This document shows positions 48,366 to 58,913 of a DNA stretch of 64,000 nt, in pieces. Position numbers and translations under genes: made by a program. Positions within the stretch are counted from its first letter, which is position 1. The number at the start of each line of letters is the position of its first letter. The notes below the pieces were generated by a model. The model was given only the letters and a program-made list of their open reading frames with translations, ran no database searches and was not told the origin of the DNA. This DNA is from a virus, in the IMG/VR virus record IMGVR_UViG_3300044615_000294, positions 27,342 through 91,341 of that record; one strand, given 5' to 3'.

Positions 48366-50645
48366 TTAGTCATTTAACATTATATTGACATCTTCACTTA
48401 ACCCATTAATGGCATCATTTAATGCTTTATCTATATTATCCCCAAACTTGGTAATAGAATTTTTTTGTTGTCTTAAAATTTTAAGACGTCCAGGATTTTC
48501 TTCATCAAATCCATACCAGGTTGCAGTAGTTTTATAATCTCCACTTCTATCACCACTTCTTTCAATTGTGTATGACGTTAAATTAGAAGGATGTCTCCAA
48601 GTATAGTTTCCTCTATAATCAATGTGTGCTTGTAAAGGTGTTCTTTGTGCAAGCATTAGTTCATTATTAAAGTCTCCTTGATCACCAATTATTGTTGCAC
48701 CATTTTTTAAAATTAGTTCTTTATCTGTATCATCAATAACACCAGTTTTAACTTGTTCTTTTAAAAACTTTTCTGGAAAATCTAAACGCATAGCTGATTT
48801 ATCAAAACTGCCTGCAGCATATTTATATGCTTCTATATCAAACTCAGTATCTTTATGGCTTTTTATCCACTCTAAAAAGTTATTAACTAATTTGATTCCT
48901 TTTTCACTTGACTCTCCAACATCTTCATCTGAACCAAGAGAAGCTTCATAACCTACTTGACCAGGGCCTTCAAAGCTAATTAATCTATCTGCACCATTAA
49001 CTTTATTTTTTATATCATTACCATCCCAATCATTTATAAAAGATTTCCAAATAACAATAGCATCACTATTTTTTCCAGCAGATAGTTTAATTTTTTTACT
49101 TAAAGCATTAGACCCAATACCTGTTCCACCAGCACCCACGCTTTGCAAAAATGGAATATTATTATACCCCAATCCTAATGTATTTCTATCATCCTTATCT
49201 GTATAAATATTTTCTACAGCTTTTTCAAATTCATCTGCAAAAACCTTCCCCATTGTATTTCCAGAATAAGCTACTGAAAAAGTTGGATTACTACCCATTA
49301 AATTTCCAGTTTGTGGATTTGATTGTTCATCCCAAGTTTTACTATGTTGAATTACTGGTAAGTTTGTTAAATTATTTCTTTTTCTATAATCTTCTAATTC
49401 TTCAAAACTCATTTCTTTTGGGTCTGCAAATTGATAAGGAAAATCCATATCATAATCTGTTGCATTCTGTTTGCTATGAACAAAAAAATCTAATTCATCA
49501 AAATCTGTATTTGTTGGAACTTCATTTTTAAAACCTAATTCTCCAAGTGCTTCCCTTCTTTTCCTTTCATTATAGTCATATTTACTTAATGACTCTTTAT
49601 AATTAGTATAAGGTATATAATCTGGGTCAAAGTTTCCTGCTTCATCAAATGACTTATCTAATTGAAATCTTAAATTTTGTGTGTTATATTTAACAAACTT
49701 ATTATTCTCATCAAATACTGGTATTCCAAATTCTCTTAATACATCATCTCTATCTTTTAAACTGTTATACATTGAATTAACAATTTTTTCTTTAGTCTTT
49801 ATTCTAAAGTCTTTTACATCTTGCATATTCATACTATAGATCTGGGCAGATGCCATCAAAGGACCTAGACTTTGTTTGCTAATAGCATTACTAACTGGAC
49901 TTAATGAATAATTATTTTTTGCATAGTCTGCAATTCTATTTAAAACTTGACTTGTATAGTTTTCTTTTTGTGTAGCTTCTAAATTCCAATCTTGCGGAAC
50001 TGTAGATAACATATCTTCTGCTGATCCATATTTTGGTGGTGAAATAACATTTCCATTAGCATCATACTTAACCTGTCTATTTATATTAGTTCTTGAAATA
50101 AAAAAATCTGCTCCTTTTTCACTAACAGCTTTTTTATAATTCTTTACACTATTATAAACATTCTTATCATGTATTGTTCCTTTAAAATAATCTGGGTCAT
50201 ATTTTTTAACCCATTCATCTACAGCAGAATTATTTGAAAAAGGATCATCACTTTTTGGTTTTGGACTTAAAATATTATAAACTTCATCTTTACTTATTGT
50301 ACCTGCATTTTCTAGTGATTCTAACATATCTAAAGCTACAGTAAAAGCAGGTTGCACATATGATTGATATCCTTGATCTACTGCAAGTTTAACACCTTTT
50401 GAAACATCTTGTTTATCTAAAACAGATTCTGTTCTATCTACAGATTTTCTTGGATGATCAACATCCCATTGAGTTAAGCTACCACTTAATTGACCTTTAT
50501 ATGGATTAGTTAATCTAGATATTGTATCTGAAACAACTTTGTTTGGAGCTTTTTCTACTATATATTTTTTACCATTAGGTCCAATTACAGTATCCCCCTT
50601 TTGAATTGTTGGATCATCAAAACTTTTATATTTAGAATTAGGCAT
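48366..50645 (-). CDS. Hypothetical virion-block protein
   Basis: 759 aa, Cys-free, upstream of the giant genes. Confidence 0.7.
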   Translation of the reverse strand: MPNSKYKSFDDPTIQKGDTVIGPNGKKYIVEKAPNKVVSDTISRLTNPYKGQLSGSLTQWDVDHPRKSVDRTESVLDKQDVSKGVKLAVDQGYQSYVQPAFTVALDMLESLENAGTISKDEVYNILSPKPKSDDPFSNNSAVDEWVKKYDPDYFKGTIHDKNVYNSVKNYKKAVSEKGADFFISRTNINRQVKYDANGNVISPPKYGSAEDMLSTVPQDWNLEATQKENYTSQVLNRIADYAKNNYSLSPVSNAISKQSLGPLMASAQIYSMNMQDVKDFRIKTKEKIVNSMYNSLKDRDDVLREFGIPVFDENNKFVKYNTQNLRFQLDKSFDEAGNFDPDYIPYTNYKESLSKYDYNERKRREALGELGFKNEVPTNTDFDELDFFVHSKQNATDYDMDFPYQFADPKEMSFEELEDYRKRNNLTNLPVIQHSKTWDEQSNPQTGNLMGSNPTFSVAYSGNTMGKVFADEFEKAVENIYTDKDDRNTLGLGYNNIPFLQSVGAGGTGIGSNALSKKIKLSAGKNSDAIVIWKSFINDWDGNDIKNKVNGADRLISFEGPGQVGYEASLGSDEDVGESSEKGIKLVNNFLEWIKSHKDTEFDIEAYKYAAGSFDKSAMRLDFPEKFLKEQVKTGVIDDTDKELILKNGATIIGDQGDFNNELMLAQRTPLQAHIDYRGNYTWRHPSNLTSYTIERSGDRSGDYKTTATWYGFDEENPGRLKILRQQKNSITKFGDNIDKALNDAINGLSEDVNIMLND

Positions 50646-50678
50646 TGTGTTATAAGTTAAATTAAATTATTTACCTGT

Positions 50679-52181
50679 TTATATCGGTTTTATACGTGTA
50701 CCATTATCCAAGGTAATTTTACCGGTTTTTTTATCTTGTTTATAATTAGTATTATTGTTAGTATTATTATTAGTATTATTGTTTGATTTATTCCCACCAG
50801 TATTCTTATTATTTCCGCTACCTTTAAATGGATCTAATGCATTATTATTTCCACCGGAATTATTGTTTCCACCAGAATTATTTTTATTACCACTAGACTT
50901 AACTGGTTTTAAATTTCCATCATAATCATACTTATCATAATAAGCTTGCTTATTAATTTCTGCCATTCTATTTGCATGTCTTACTTCTATTATAGCAAAT
51001 GGATCTGGTTCAATATCTCTGACCATTTCTCTTTTAGAAAGATCAGTTGCTGCTCTCATAACATCATCTGAAAATAAATCATTAGACATACTGTTGTCAA
51101 CAATATATCTTAAGGTATTAATATCCTTATATGGGTTATGCCATCCTGTAGAAGTATTACCGCTACTTGAATATGCATTATTAAATCTTTCTACTTGCTC
51201 AGATAAACTTGCTAAGACCTCATCATTAATTTGCTTATTACTTTCATATTGACGCAACTGATTTTCTAATAAAGGATTTGAACCTTTTGTAGCTATTTGA
51301 TTTTTTATATCTTTAATTTTAGCATCATATACTTTAGAAATATTTTGAGAATCAGCATGTCTGTCTTCTGTGGTCTTTTTCATTTTACCATAAGCATCTT
51401 CAAGATACTTCATCTCAGCTTGTTTTTCTCCTCCAAACTTTTCAGCATTAGTAGCTGCAAATTGTTTTCTATTTAAATAAGCTTTAGTATCATAAACAGC
51501 TTTAACCATAGGATCTGCAGACAACTGAGATTGTAGTAATTTACTTAATGGTTCAGTTAGTATGTCTCCATTCTTTTGTCTTATAATATATTTACCATCT
51601 GTATCACTTATATCCATAGAGATACCTGAGTCTTTAAATATTTCAGCAGACTTTTTTTGAACATTTACATATGGTGTGTATACTGGATTTTCAAAAGACA
51701 TTGCTTCTTCAGGAGTAGCTTCCATAAACTCCTTTCTTTTATATTGAAGTGCCTGAATACCTTCATCCCAATATTGTTCTTTTTGTTTTAGATCGGTACT
51801 TTTATTCAAACCTTCTGCCGAACCAAGAGTATTATTAAAGTTCTTAGTCCAAGCCATATCTTTCATTAAAGAAGTGTCTTCATAAAATGGTCTAAATACT
51901 TGCATTGCTTGTTGAACATTTTGCTCTAGAGATAGATCTAATCCTGCAATTCTTTTTAAATCAAAATCTATTTGCTTGATAGTATTATCTCTTTTTTCAA
52001 TGTTATCTTTTCTTGTTAAATCTGCATAGTAATACTGACCATAAAACTTATTTAATGATTTGTAATTACTATCATACTGAGATTGTTTTAACTGTAAAAG
52101 ATTAGCAACAACATTAAGACCATTATCATGCGGCTGCAGTGATGGTATTATTGATTGTACACCCTGTAAGTAAGTTCCCAT
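50679..52181 (-). CDS. Putative virion cargo protein
   Basis: 500 aa helical, Cys-free; N-rich C-terminal tail. Confidence 0.7.
   Translation of the reverse strand: MGTYLQGVQSIIPSLQPHDNGLNVVANLLQLKQSQYDSNYKSLNKFYGQYYYADLTRKDNIEKRDNTIKQIDFDLKRIAGLDLSLEQNVQQAMQVFRPFYEDTSLMKDMAWTKNFNNTLGSAEGLNKSTDLKQKEQYWDEGIQALQYKRKEFMEATPEEAMSFENPVYTPYVNVQKKSAEIFKDSGISMDISDTDGKYIIRQKNGDILTEPLSKLLQSQLSADPMVKAVYDTKAYLNRKQFAATNAEKFGGEKQAEMKYLEDAYGKMKKTTEDRHADSQNISKVYDAKIKDIKNQIATKGSNPLLENQLRQYESNKQINDEVLASLSEQVERFNNAYSSSGNTSTGWHNPYKDINTLRYIVDNSMSNDLFSDDVMRAATDLSKREMVRDIEPDPFAIIEVRHANRMAEINKQAYYDKYDYDGNLKPVKSSGNKNNSGGNNNSGGNNNALDPFKGSGNNKNTGGNKSNNNTNNNTNNNTNYKQDKKTGKITLDNGTRIKPI
50742..50890 (-). repeat. Low-complexity coding repeats (NNNT x3, NNSGG x2)
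   Basis: Tandem attatt(a/g)ttagt-type units. Confidence 0.7.
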
Positions 52182-52187
52182 ATATTG

Positions 52188-52232
52188 TAAATATATTAAA
52201 ATTTTATAAGTTTAATAAACTTAAGAAGTTTA
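52188..52232 (-). promoter_or_regulatory. Putative phage late promoter/operator (copy 1)
   Basis: TAAACTTcttAAGTTTA-N16-TTAATATATTTA; aligns without gaps to the copy at 58869-58913. Confidence 0.55.
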
Positions 52233-54941
52233 TCAATACTCAAATGGATATGTATTAGTACCATAAACATAACCGCCATTAGCCATATAAATCACTCCAC
52301 CAAACTTAGCTTCATCTCCTGACTTAGTATTTTTATTCTGTAGTCCAACGGCTCTAAGTGCTTGATCTCTTGTGTACCCAGCTGCTTCATAATCTGCAAC
52401 TTGTTGTTGAATAGTTTTATCTGGTGCTTCTGGAGTAATTTGTTTGTTATTAGTATTAACAATATACTCTTCACCTTTAGGACCCATCATCCATTTCATT
52501 CCTTGTGCAGCATTTGTTGCAGCAAGTTGTCTTGCATTACCTCGCATAATTGCATTTTTGTTACCTACATTAGCCCAGTAGTTTGCATTGTCTTGAGCTA
52601 CATTTGAATCAAATGTTGCTTTTCTTGTATTATACAAATCTGCTTGTTGCATTCCTGTTGTCAACTGTTTATCTTGCCATCCTGTATTTGTTGCATTAAT
52701 AGAACTTGCTTGCCCAGCATTAAATTGATTTGCTCTTGCAGCAGATCCCATAATGTTTTGTTGAGCAGCTTGATTACCAGCAAACATTGCAGCCATTGCT
52801 CCTCCAGGATTATTTTGTAACATTGGAGCCATGTTCTTTTGCATTCCCTGATTCATACCAGATGCTAACATAGCTTCATTTAAATAATCAACACCAAAGA
52901 TCTGTTGTCTTACACCAGGAGATTTACCCATGATAGGTGGAGTATTAACTGGTCTAGAAGCTAAAGCAATACCTAGATTAAGTTCATCTTCTGGTAAATT
53001 TTGAATTGGTGTAGGCTCTGGATTTTTAACATACTCTTGACAATTAGTTCCACATTCTACAATTACATCTTCTCCTGTTACAGGATCTGGACAGTAGCAT
53101 TCTTTTTCTGGTGGAATTATTGGTGGAGGACATGGTGAACATTCACCTGTTGCAGGATCTTTAGTACTTACTACAGGTTGTCCATTAGCATCAAGAATTG
53201 GTTTTCCATCTTTATCTAAACATTGTGGACAGTCTTCACCAGGAGGTGTATCTTCTAATTCAAAGAATTCTGTTACATCACTTTCAGATTTAGTTTCACA
53301 TTCTTTTAATTTTGAAACTACAGATGGAACAATCCAATTTTTTGCTAGAATATCTTCAGCAGTATAACCTCTTAAATCTCCATTTTTCATTCTTTCACAA
53401 ATGCCTTTTATGTAAGCTTTTTCTTTAGCTTCATCCCGAACATAAGGTGTTTTTCTTTTGTCATAAGTTAAATTTTTATTTTGTTCATCTGATGTACCTC
53501 TTGCTCCAATCTTTTTTCCATTTACATCAAAAATTTCAACATCTTCATCAAACTTCTTAACTTTGTGAATATTATTCTCATATTTTTTTGCATCAATTTC
53601 TTTTTGCAATTGTTCTTTACTTTTCTTTTGTCCACCACCTGGATACTTATCTATGTATCCTCCACCACTCATTATTACCGGCATACCTAACATGCCACCA
53701 GCAATTATTCCATATTTACCCATAGGTGGTTCTTGCATCTGTTGTTGTTGCTGAGCTGCCATCATTTGCATCATTCTAGGATCCATTTGTTGTGGTGGCA
53801 TTCCTTGTCCTTGAGGACCAACCATAGGCATCTGTTGTTGCTGTTGCTGTTGTTGTCTTTGAGCTGCTACCATTTGTTGGTATTTCTCCAAACCTTGTAA
53901 TGCAAATCTCTTTGCTTGTTGTTCTGGAATTCTCAAACTAACAAATACATCTTGTATATCTTCTAGATTTACACCACCTTTAATTAAAGCTACAACAATA
54001 TCATCTGCAGGAACATCATTCTCCAACTGCATTCTTACTCTTTCTTTAATTTTGTTTAGAGTAACTTCTTCGCCGTCTCTTGCTTTTCTTAAATAGATAC
54101 CACCATATCCCATTGCCGGTTGTTCTTGTGCCATTGGTTGACCTTGAGATAATTCTTCTGGCATAGCAACTGGAGAACCATCAGGCATTGTTGGAGCTTC
54201 ACCTTGCATCATTTGTTCTTGTGGCATAGGTTGTTGCCCTTCTTGAGGCATTTGTTGTTCCATACCTTCTTGTGGTTGTTCAGCATTTGGTAATATATCT
54301 TGTTCAGATATACCTGCTTCTTCCATATAGTATTTTGCAACTGTAGGAATTCCTTGAGGAAAACCTTTTTTAGATTCCTGAGCTAATGCTAATGCACCTA
54401 ATTTATAGATGCTCTTTTTAATCATTAACTGTGCAGTCTTTACTTCTATCTTATCTGAGTCTTTATCTTGTAGAACTTCTCTATACTTATTTATGTTTAG
54501 ATATTGTTTAGATAAATCTGCCGGGGTATAACCACCTTTCTTAGCTTTCTTACCAAACATCTCTAAAATGTTTGGATCAGATAATCTCATAGAAGCTGTG
54601 TCACTAAAAATAAAACTATCATCAGGAAGATTTAAAGGAACACCATTCTGACTATGTCTTGGTCCTTTAATCTCATAGAATAATGGATAACCACTTGGAT
54701 CAAATGTTAATACAGTTTCTCCACCTTCAGCTTCTAGATTAGCTTCCTCTCTTGGAACTTTAGTTATTGTTTTTCTAGCAACTGCTTTTGGCTCACTAAG
54801 TTTTAAGTTTCCTCCACCAAATGCTGTAATATCATTTGCCAAGGATCCATCAATTTGATATCCTGTTTTAGCTTTTGGAAGATCAGTAACTCTTACTTTA
54901 TATATCTCCGGCTGCTCAACTATCTTTACTTTATACTGCAT
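52233..54941 (-). CDS. Gln/Pro-rich putative cargo polyprotein with GG motifs and Cys-rich segment
   Basis: 902 aa; EAEGGE...GPRHSQNGV domain; polyQ; MGYGG, AKFGG, MANGG. Confidence 0.7.
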   Translation of the reverse strand: MQYKVKIVEQPEIYKVRVTDLPKAKTGYQIDGSLANDITAFGGGNLKLSEPKAVARKTITKVPREEANLEAEGGETVLTFDPSGYPLFYEIKGPRHSQNGVPLNLPDDSFIFSDTASMRLSDPNILEMFGKKAKKGGYTPADLSKQYLNINKYREVLQDKDSDKIEVKTAQLMIKKSIYKLGALALAQESKKGFPQGIPTVAKYYMEEAGISEQDILPNAEQPQEGMEQQMPQEGQQPMPQEQMMQGEAPTMPDGSPVAMPEELSQGQPMAQEQPAMGYGGIYLRKARDGEEVTLNKIKERVRMQLENDVPADDIVVALIKGGVNLEDIQDVFVSLRIPEQQAKRFALQGLEKYQQMVAAQRQQQQQQQQMPMVGPQGQGMPPQQMDPRMMQMMAAQQQQQMQEPPMGKYGIIAGGMLGMPVIMSGGGYIDKYPGGGQKKSKEQLQKEIDAKKYENNIHKVKKFDEDVEIFDVNGKKIGARGTSDEQNKNLTYDKRKTPYVRDEAKEKAYIKGICERMKNGDLRGYTAEDILAKNWIVPSVVSKLKECETKSESDVTEFFELEDTPPGEDCPQCLDKDGKPILDANGQPVVSTKDPATGECSPCPPPIIPPEKECYCPDPVTGEDVIVECGTNCQEYVKNPEPTPIQNLPEDELNLGIALASRPVNTPPIMGKSPGVRQQIFGVDYLNEAMLASGMNQGMQKNMAPMLQNNPGGAMAAMFAGNQAAQQNIMGSAARANQFNAGQASSINATNTGWQDKQLTTGMQQADLYNTRKATFDSNVAQDNANYWANVGNKNAIMRGNARQLAATNAAQGMKWMMGPKGEEYIVNTNNKQITPEAPDKTIQQQVADYEAAGYTRDQALRAVGLQNKNTKSGDEAKFGGVIYMANGGYVYGTNTYPFEY

Positions 54942-54946
54942 GTTAG

Positions 54947-57900
54947 TTATTTTATATATTCTACTTTACCACCTGCGGCAACAATCTCTTGAATCTGCTT
55001 AGCTGTTAATGTGTAAACACTTCCTTTTTTATATCTAGAACCTAATTGTCCACCTTTCTTAGTAATTACTTCATTACCTTCAAAACCGATACCTTGAATA
55101 TTTCTTCCAGAGTTTGAAGCAAGCCAACCTCTATCACCCATATTACTTCCAACTACTTCAGCAGAACCAAATCCACCTTGACCAGTATTTGGTGAAGCAG
55201 CATCAGATGATCTATTTTGTTTACGGTATTGATCAAAGTTTTTCTCATTCTTAATTGCATTACCAATTGTACTAGCAATTCCAGTTAAACTACCTTTACC
55301 AGCAAATAGATCTGCACCAAGTTGTTTGGGATTCCAGCTAAATGCTGATTCCTCAACTACTTTACCAATATAATTTGGATCACTAAATTCTGGTTGATCT
55401 ACAGTAATACCATCTTTACCCATAGGGATATAACCACCATAAGCCATATACTCTGGCATATAATCCATCTCCCCACCATACTCTTGTCTTATTACACCAA
55501 ACTGATTACGTGGTGCTTGTTTATTAAAGACATTTTGTTGTGCATCTGCAAATGGATTACCCATCAATCTTGTATTAGATTGAGACATTGCTTCTGGTGT
55601 TGTTGGACCTGAACCAAGTTCAGTAATACCTTGTGTTGCTCCAACTCTAGGACCTTGACCATTTGCCATTGGATCATTTGCAGATGACGCAAAGGCAGCT
55701 TGTGCTGCTTGTTCTTGTGTCATTGGACCAGCTGCAGAACCTAAAGGTTGTGCAACAGGTTGAGATGATGTCATTCCAACAGGACCAAGATTGCTTTGTG
55801 GGGCATTTGAAGCACTTGTATTAGGAACTATATTATTTGGATCCCAAACACTTTTTGGTGATTGAAATGTAACTGGGTTTTGACTTACTGCTTGTGAAGC
55901 ATCTGGTCTATTTAAATATCCTGGAAACGAACTAGAACTTGATGTAGTATTAGGAACACCTTCCTCTTGTTGCTCATCTTCATTTCCATGTCTTCTTTGG
56001 TATCTTCTGTCTTGTCTGTTCCTTTTTCTATCATCAGTAAAATCTCCGGAAACTAATCTACCCTTACTATCTATACCTCTTGCTTCATTACCATCAACAT
56101 TAGTAATAGTCATGCCAGAAACATTTCTACCACTTTTTGGTACAGTTTCATTTATAGCAGAAGGTGTAGTTCCTGGTTGTGTTGCAGTACTTCCCGGTTG
56201 TGTAGCATTAGCTGCTGGTTGACCAGGTGTTCCTGCAGGTTGCCCTGGAGTTCCAGGAGCTCCCATTGCATAGTACTCTCTAACTCTTTTAGTATCAAAT
56301 GGATTATACCATTTACCTCTATCTTTATAAGCAACCTCTCTAATACCTGTTGTTCCTTCAGGTGTTTGCCAATTAACAGGAGAAGAAACTGAACCATAAT
56401 TAAAATCTCTATTGAAACCAAAAAGACCTGGTCTTGATGGAGGAGCAATAAAATTATAACTTCCAGGAGCTTGTTGAGTATTAGTTCCTTGCGTTGTATT
56501 AGTAGTGGTTGTAGTAGGCTGTGTAGTAGTAGGTTGGGCAGTAGTGGTAGTAGGTTGAGTAGCAGTAGGTTGAGTGGTTGTAGATTTATTTAATAAATTT
56601 TGAGTAGCATTCTGTTTCCAACCATCTGCCGCAAATGGATTCATAATATTTGGATCAAGACTTAACTTTTCTCTTTGCTTATTATATCTTGGTTGGAATC
56701 CTGTATTAAATCTATTTTGTGACCATTGTTCAAAACCATCTAGTGCTTTAGGTAAGTATCCCCCTTCTTCATAGATATCATCTCCACCATATATGAATTT
56801 GTATAGATCTGGATTGTCTGAATCTATAAAACCACCTGATTGGAAACCGGGAACTGTTAAACCTAAACTTTTCATTACCTGGTCATTATAATCCCTTAAC
56901 GCAACCTGTGGGTTAAATGCATTCAAAGCTGGATTATATACTTGTTCCGCATAGTCAGGAGCAGCACCCATAGATGAATACTCATTGCCTTCTTTATCCA
57001 TTGATAAATTTGAGTTTTGATTCCTAGCACCTAACTGTTCTTGTTGTTCTGGAGTATAATCTTCAAACTTATTTATATTATTAGCTTTTCTATAATCTTC
57101 GTCTAATAAATAAGAGTAAGGACTTGACGGAAAGTAATCTTGGAAATATGCTGACCCTCTATAAATATTTTTTAAGTCCTCTCCTTGTTTATTCAATATT
57201 AGGTCATTATCCGCATCCTCATAAGGAAGTCCTGTTTTTGGATTTATTCCTTTTAAATTTGAGTAATTATATTGGAGTCCCATTTGGTCTGTAAATGGAG
57301 CCCAAGGTTTATTTGTATCTGGATAATAATATGGAGCGGCAGCTTTGTCAAAATTCAATAGCTCAGGTGTCCAAGTTTCTTTAAAATTGCGTGCATTAGA
57401 ACCCATCCATGCTATATTTGACATAGGCCCTGAATTAGCTTGTAATGGTTGTACTCCAGCATTACTTAACATTTCAGTTTTAGCTTGACCCTTTTTTAAA
57501 TTCTGATAGCTTCCTGGAATTTGATCAGCATATGGATTTACAAAAGGATTAGTTAAAAGTTCAGATGGATCTTGAGATAACATAGTAGATGGAGAGAATA
57601 CCATTCTACCATTAGCATCTACACAGTAACCTTTATTAGCATCATATGTTGCTCCTGGAGGACAGCTTAATTCTTTCTTCTTTCCTGTTGTATTATTTTG
57701 TGTAGCAGTTGATCCTGGTGTATTTGAAGCAACTTCATTTAATGCTTGGTTGTTTACAGTCTTAATAACTTTGTCCCGCATTCTTGCAGGAGTAGAAACC
57801 ATTGAGTATCCAGTATTAAATGGAGAACCTATATTACCACCTCTTTGTGGTAAGAACTTTACTAAGTCTCCAAGTACAGATACATCCCAATCTGCTGTTG

Positions 57901-58852
57901 CTTTTCTTAATCCACCTAAAGCACCAAACTCATAATTAACATCAACACCAGGTATTCCATATGGTGTTCCAAATAAAGCTTTGTTAGCTCTTCTTATTCT
58001 TCTATTACCACCCATTCCTTTTAATTTTTTTATTCCTCCAAATTGAAATTGATTATCTGTACCAGTTGTGGTATCTGTTAATTCATGCCCTAGGGATTCT
58101 CCGTATATATGTAAGTGCTCTAATGGATCATGTGGATCTTGTTGACTCATAACCCCTCCTAGTTGCATATAGTTATTGTAAGCTTCTTCTGCTTGTTTTT
58201 TATACATTGCTTCATTACCTACTTGCTGTACTGATTTAGCAAACATCTTTCCTTTCTGAGTATACTTACCCATAGGATCATTAATACTTCCAGTTGGCGG
58301 TAAATAAAATTCACTGTTTTGAACTTCATCACCTTCTGCAGCTTTTTTTAATTTTCTTATGTGAGATCTAATAAATGATCTTTTGCTAATTGCACCACCT
58401 TTCTTATATGCATTATCATATGGTTCAGCATCCATACCAACATAATATGGCTTTGTTACTTTTGGAAAGATACTGTCACTAGGAAATTGCCCACCATCTT
58501 GTGCTTCTTCTATTTCATCTTCTTGATCTTCTTCTACATATGGAGCTCCTCTATCATATGGTGCTCTTGGATCTACACTTGCAGTCTCTTGCGCTTTATA
58601 TTGTTTATATAATTCATATGTTGTATTTGCAACCTTCTCTCTTTTAACATTATATTTTTCTAAGGCAGAAATAATTTGTTCTGGAAATGATCCAGACTCA
58701 ATTTCATTTTTTATAAAACTTAATATCTCTTTATCAGAATACTGTGGTTCTTGTTCTTCAGTTTTCTTTTCAGTATACTTATTAAGTTTACTAATGAATC
58801 CTGGTTGTTCACCTTCATTTGGTTTGCGGATCCTAACTTTTTTTGTTGCCAT
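54947..58852 (-). CDS. Low-complexity putative cargo polyprotein with many GG motifs
   Basis: 1301 aa; AQDGG, YKKGG, MQLGG, FQFGG, FQSGG, YEEGG, QEYGG, MAYGG, TKKGG; TTQP and PGQPA repeats. Confidence 0.7.
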   Translation of the reverse strand: MATKKVRIRKPNEGEQPGFISKLNKYTEKKTEEQEPQYSDKEILSFIKNEIESGSFPEQIISALEKYNVKREKVANTTYELYKQYKAQETASVDPRAPYDRGAPYVEEDQEDEIEEAQDGGQFPSDSIFPKVTKPYYVGMDAEPYDNAYKKGGAISKRSFIRSHIRKLKKAAEGDEVQNSEFYLPPTGSINDPMGKYTQKGKMFAKSVQQVGNEAMYKKQAEEAYNNYMQLGGVMSQQDPHDPLEHLHIYGESLGHELTDTTTGTDNQFQFGGIKKLKGMGGNRRIRRANKALFGTPYGIPGVDVNYEFGALGGLRKATADWDVSVLGDLVKFLPQRGGNIGSPFNTGYSMVSTPARMRDKVIKTVNNQALNEVASNTPGSTATQNNTTGKKKELSCPPGATYDANKGYCVDANGRMVFSPSTMLSQDPSELLTNPFVNPYADQIPGSYQNLKKGQAKTEMLSNAGVQPLQANSGPMSNIAWMGSNARNFKETWTPELLNFDKAAAPYYYPDTNKPWAPFTDQMGLQYNYSNLKGINPKTGLPYEDADNDLILNKQGEDLKNIYRGSAYFQDYFPSSPYSYLLDEDYRKANNINKFEDYTPEQQEQLGARNQNSNLSMDKEGNEYSSMGAAPDYAEQVYNPALNAFNPQVALRDYNDQVMKSLGLTVPGFQSGGFIDSDNPDLYKFIYGGDDIYEEGGYLPKALDGFEQWSQNRFNTGFQPRYNKQREKLSLDPNIMNPFAADGWKQNATQNLLNKSTTTQPTATQPTTTTAQPTTTQPTTTTTNTTQGTNTQQAPGSYNFIAPPSRPGLFGFNRDFNYGSVSSPVNWQTPEGTTGIREVAYKDRGKWYNPFDTKRVREYYAMGAPGTPGQPAGTPGQPAANATQPGSTATQPGTTPSAINETVPKSGRNVSGMTITNVDGNEARGIDSKGRLVSGDFTDDRKRNRQDRRYQRRHGNEDEQQEEGVPNTTSSSSSFPGYLNRPDASQAVSQNPVTFQSPKSVWDPNNIVPNTSASNAPQSNLGPVGMTSSQPVAQPLGSAAGPMTQEQAAQAAFASSANDPMANGQGPRVGATQGITELGSGPTTPEAMSQSNTRLMGNPFADAQQNVFNKQAPRNQFGVIRQEYGGEMDYMPEYMAYGGYIPMGKDGITVDQPEFSDPNYIGKVVEESAFSWNPKQLGADLFAGKGSLTGIASTIGNAIKNEKNFDQYRKQNRSSDAASPNTGQGGFGSAEVVGSNMGDRGWLASNSGRNIQGIGFEGNEVITKKGGQLGSRYKKGSVYTLTAKQIQEIVAAGGKVEYIK
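56160..56582 (-). repeat. Coding repeats (GTPGQPA / ATQPG and TTQP linkers)
   Basis: Repeated gtaggttg units at 56490-56582; ccagg/cctgg units at 56160-56265. Confidence 0.65.
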
Positions 58853-58868
58853 ATTACGCGTTATATAT

Positions 58869-58913
58869 TAAATATACTAAAAATAAATCTATTAGTTAAA
58901 CCTATTAAGTTTA
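58869..58913 (-). promoter_or_regulatory. Putative phage late promoter/operator (copy 2)
   Basis: TAAACTTaatAGGTTTA-N16-TTAGTATATTTA upstream of the 1301-aa gene. Confidence 0.55.
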
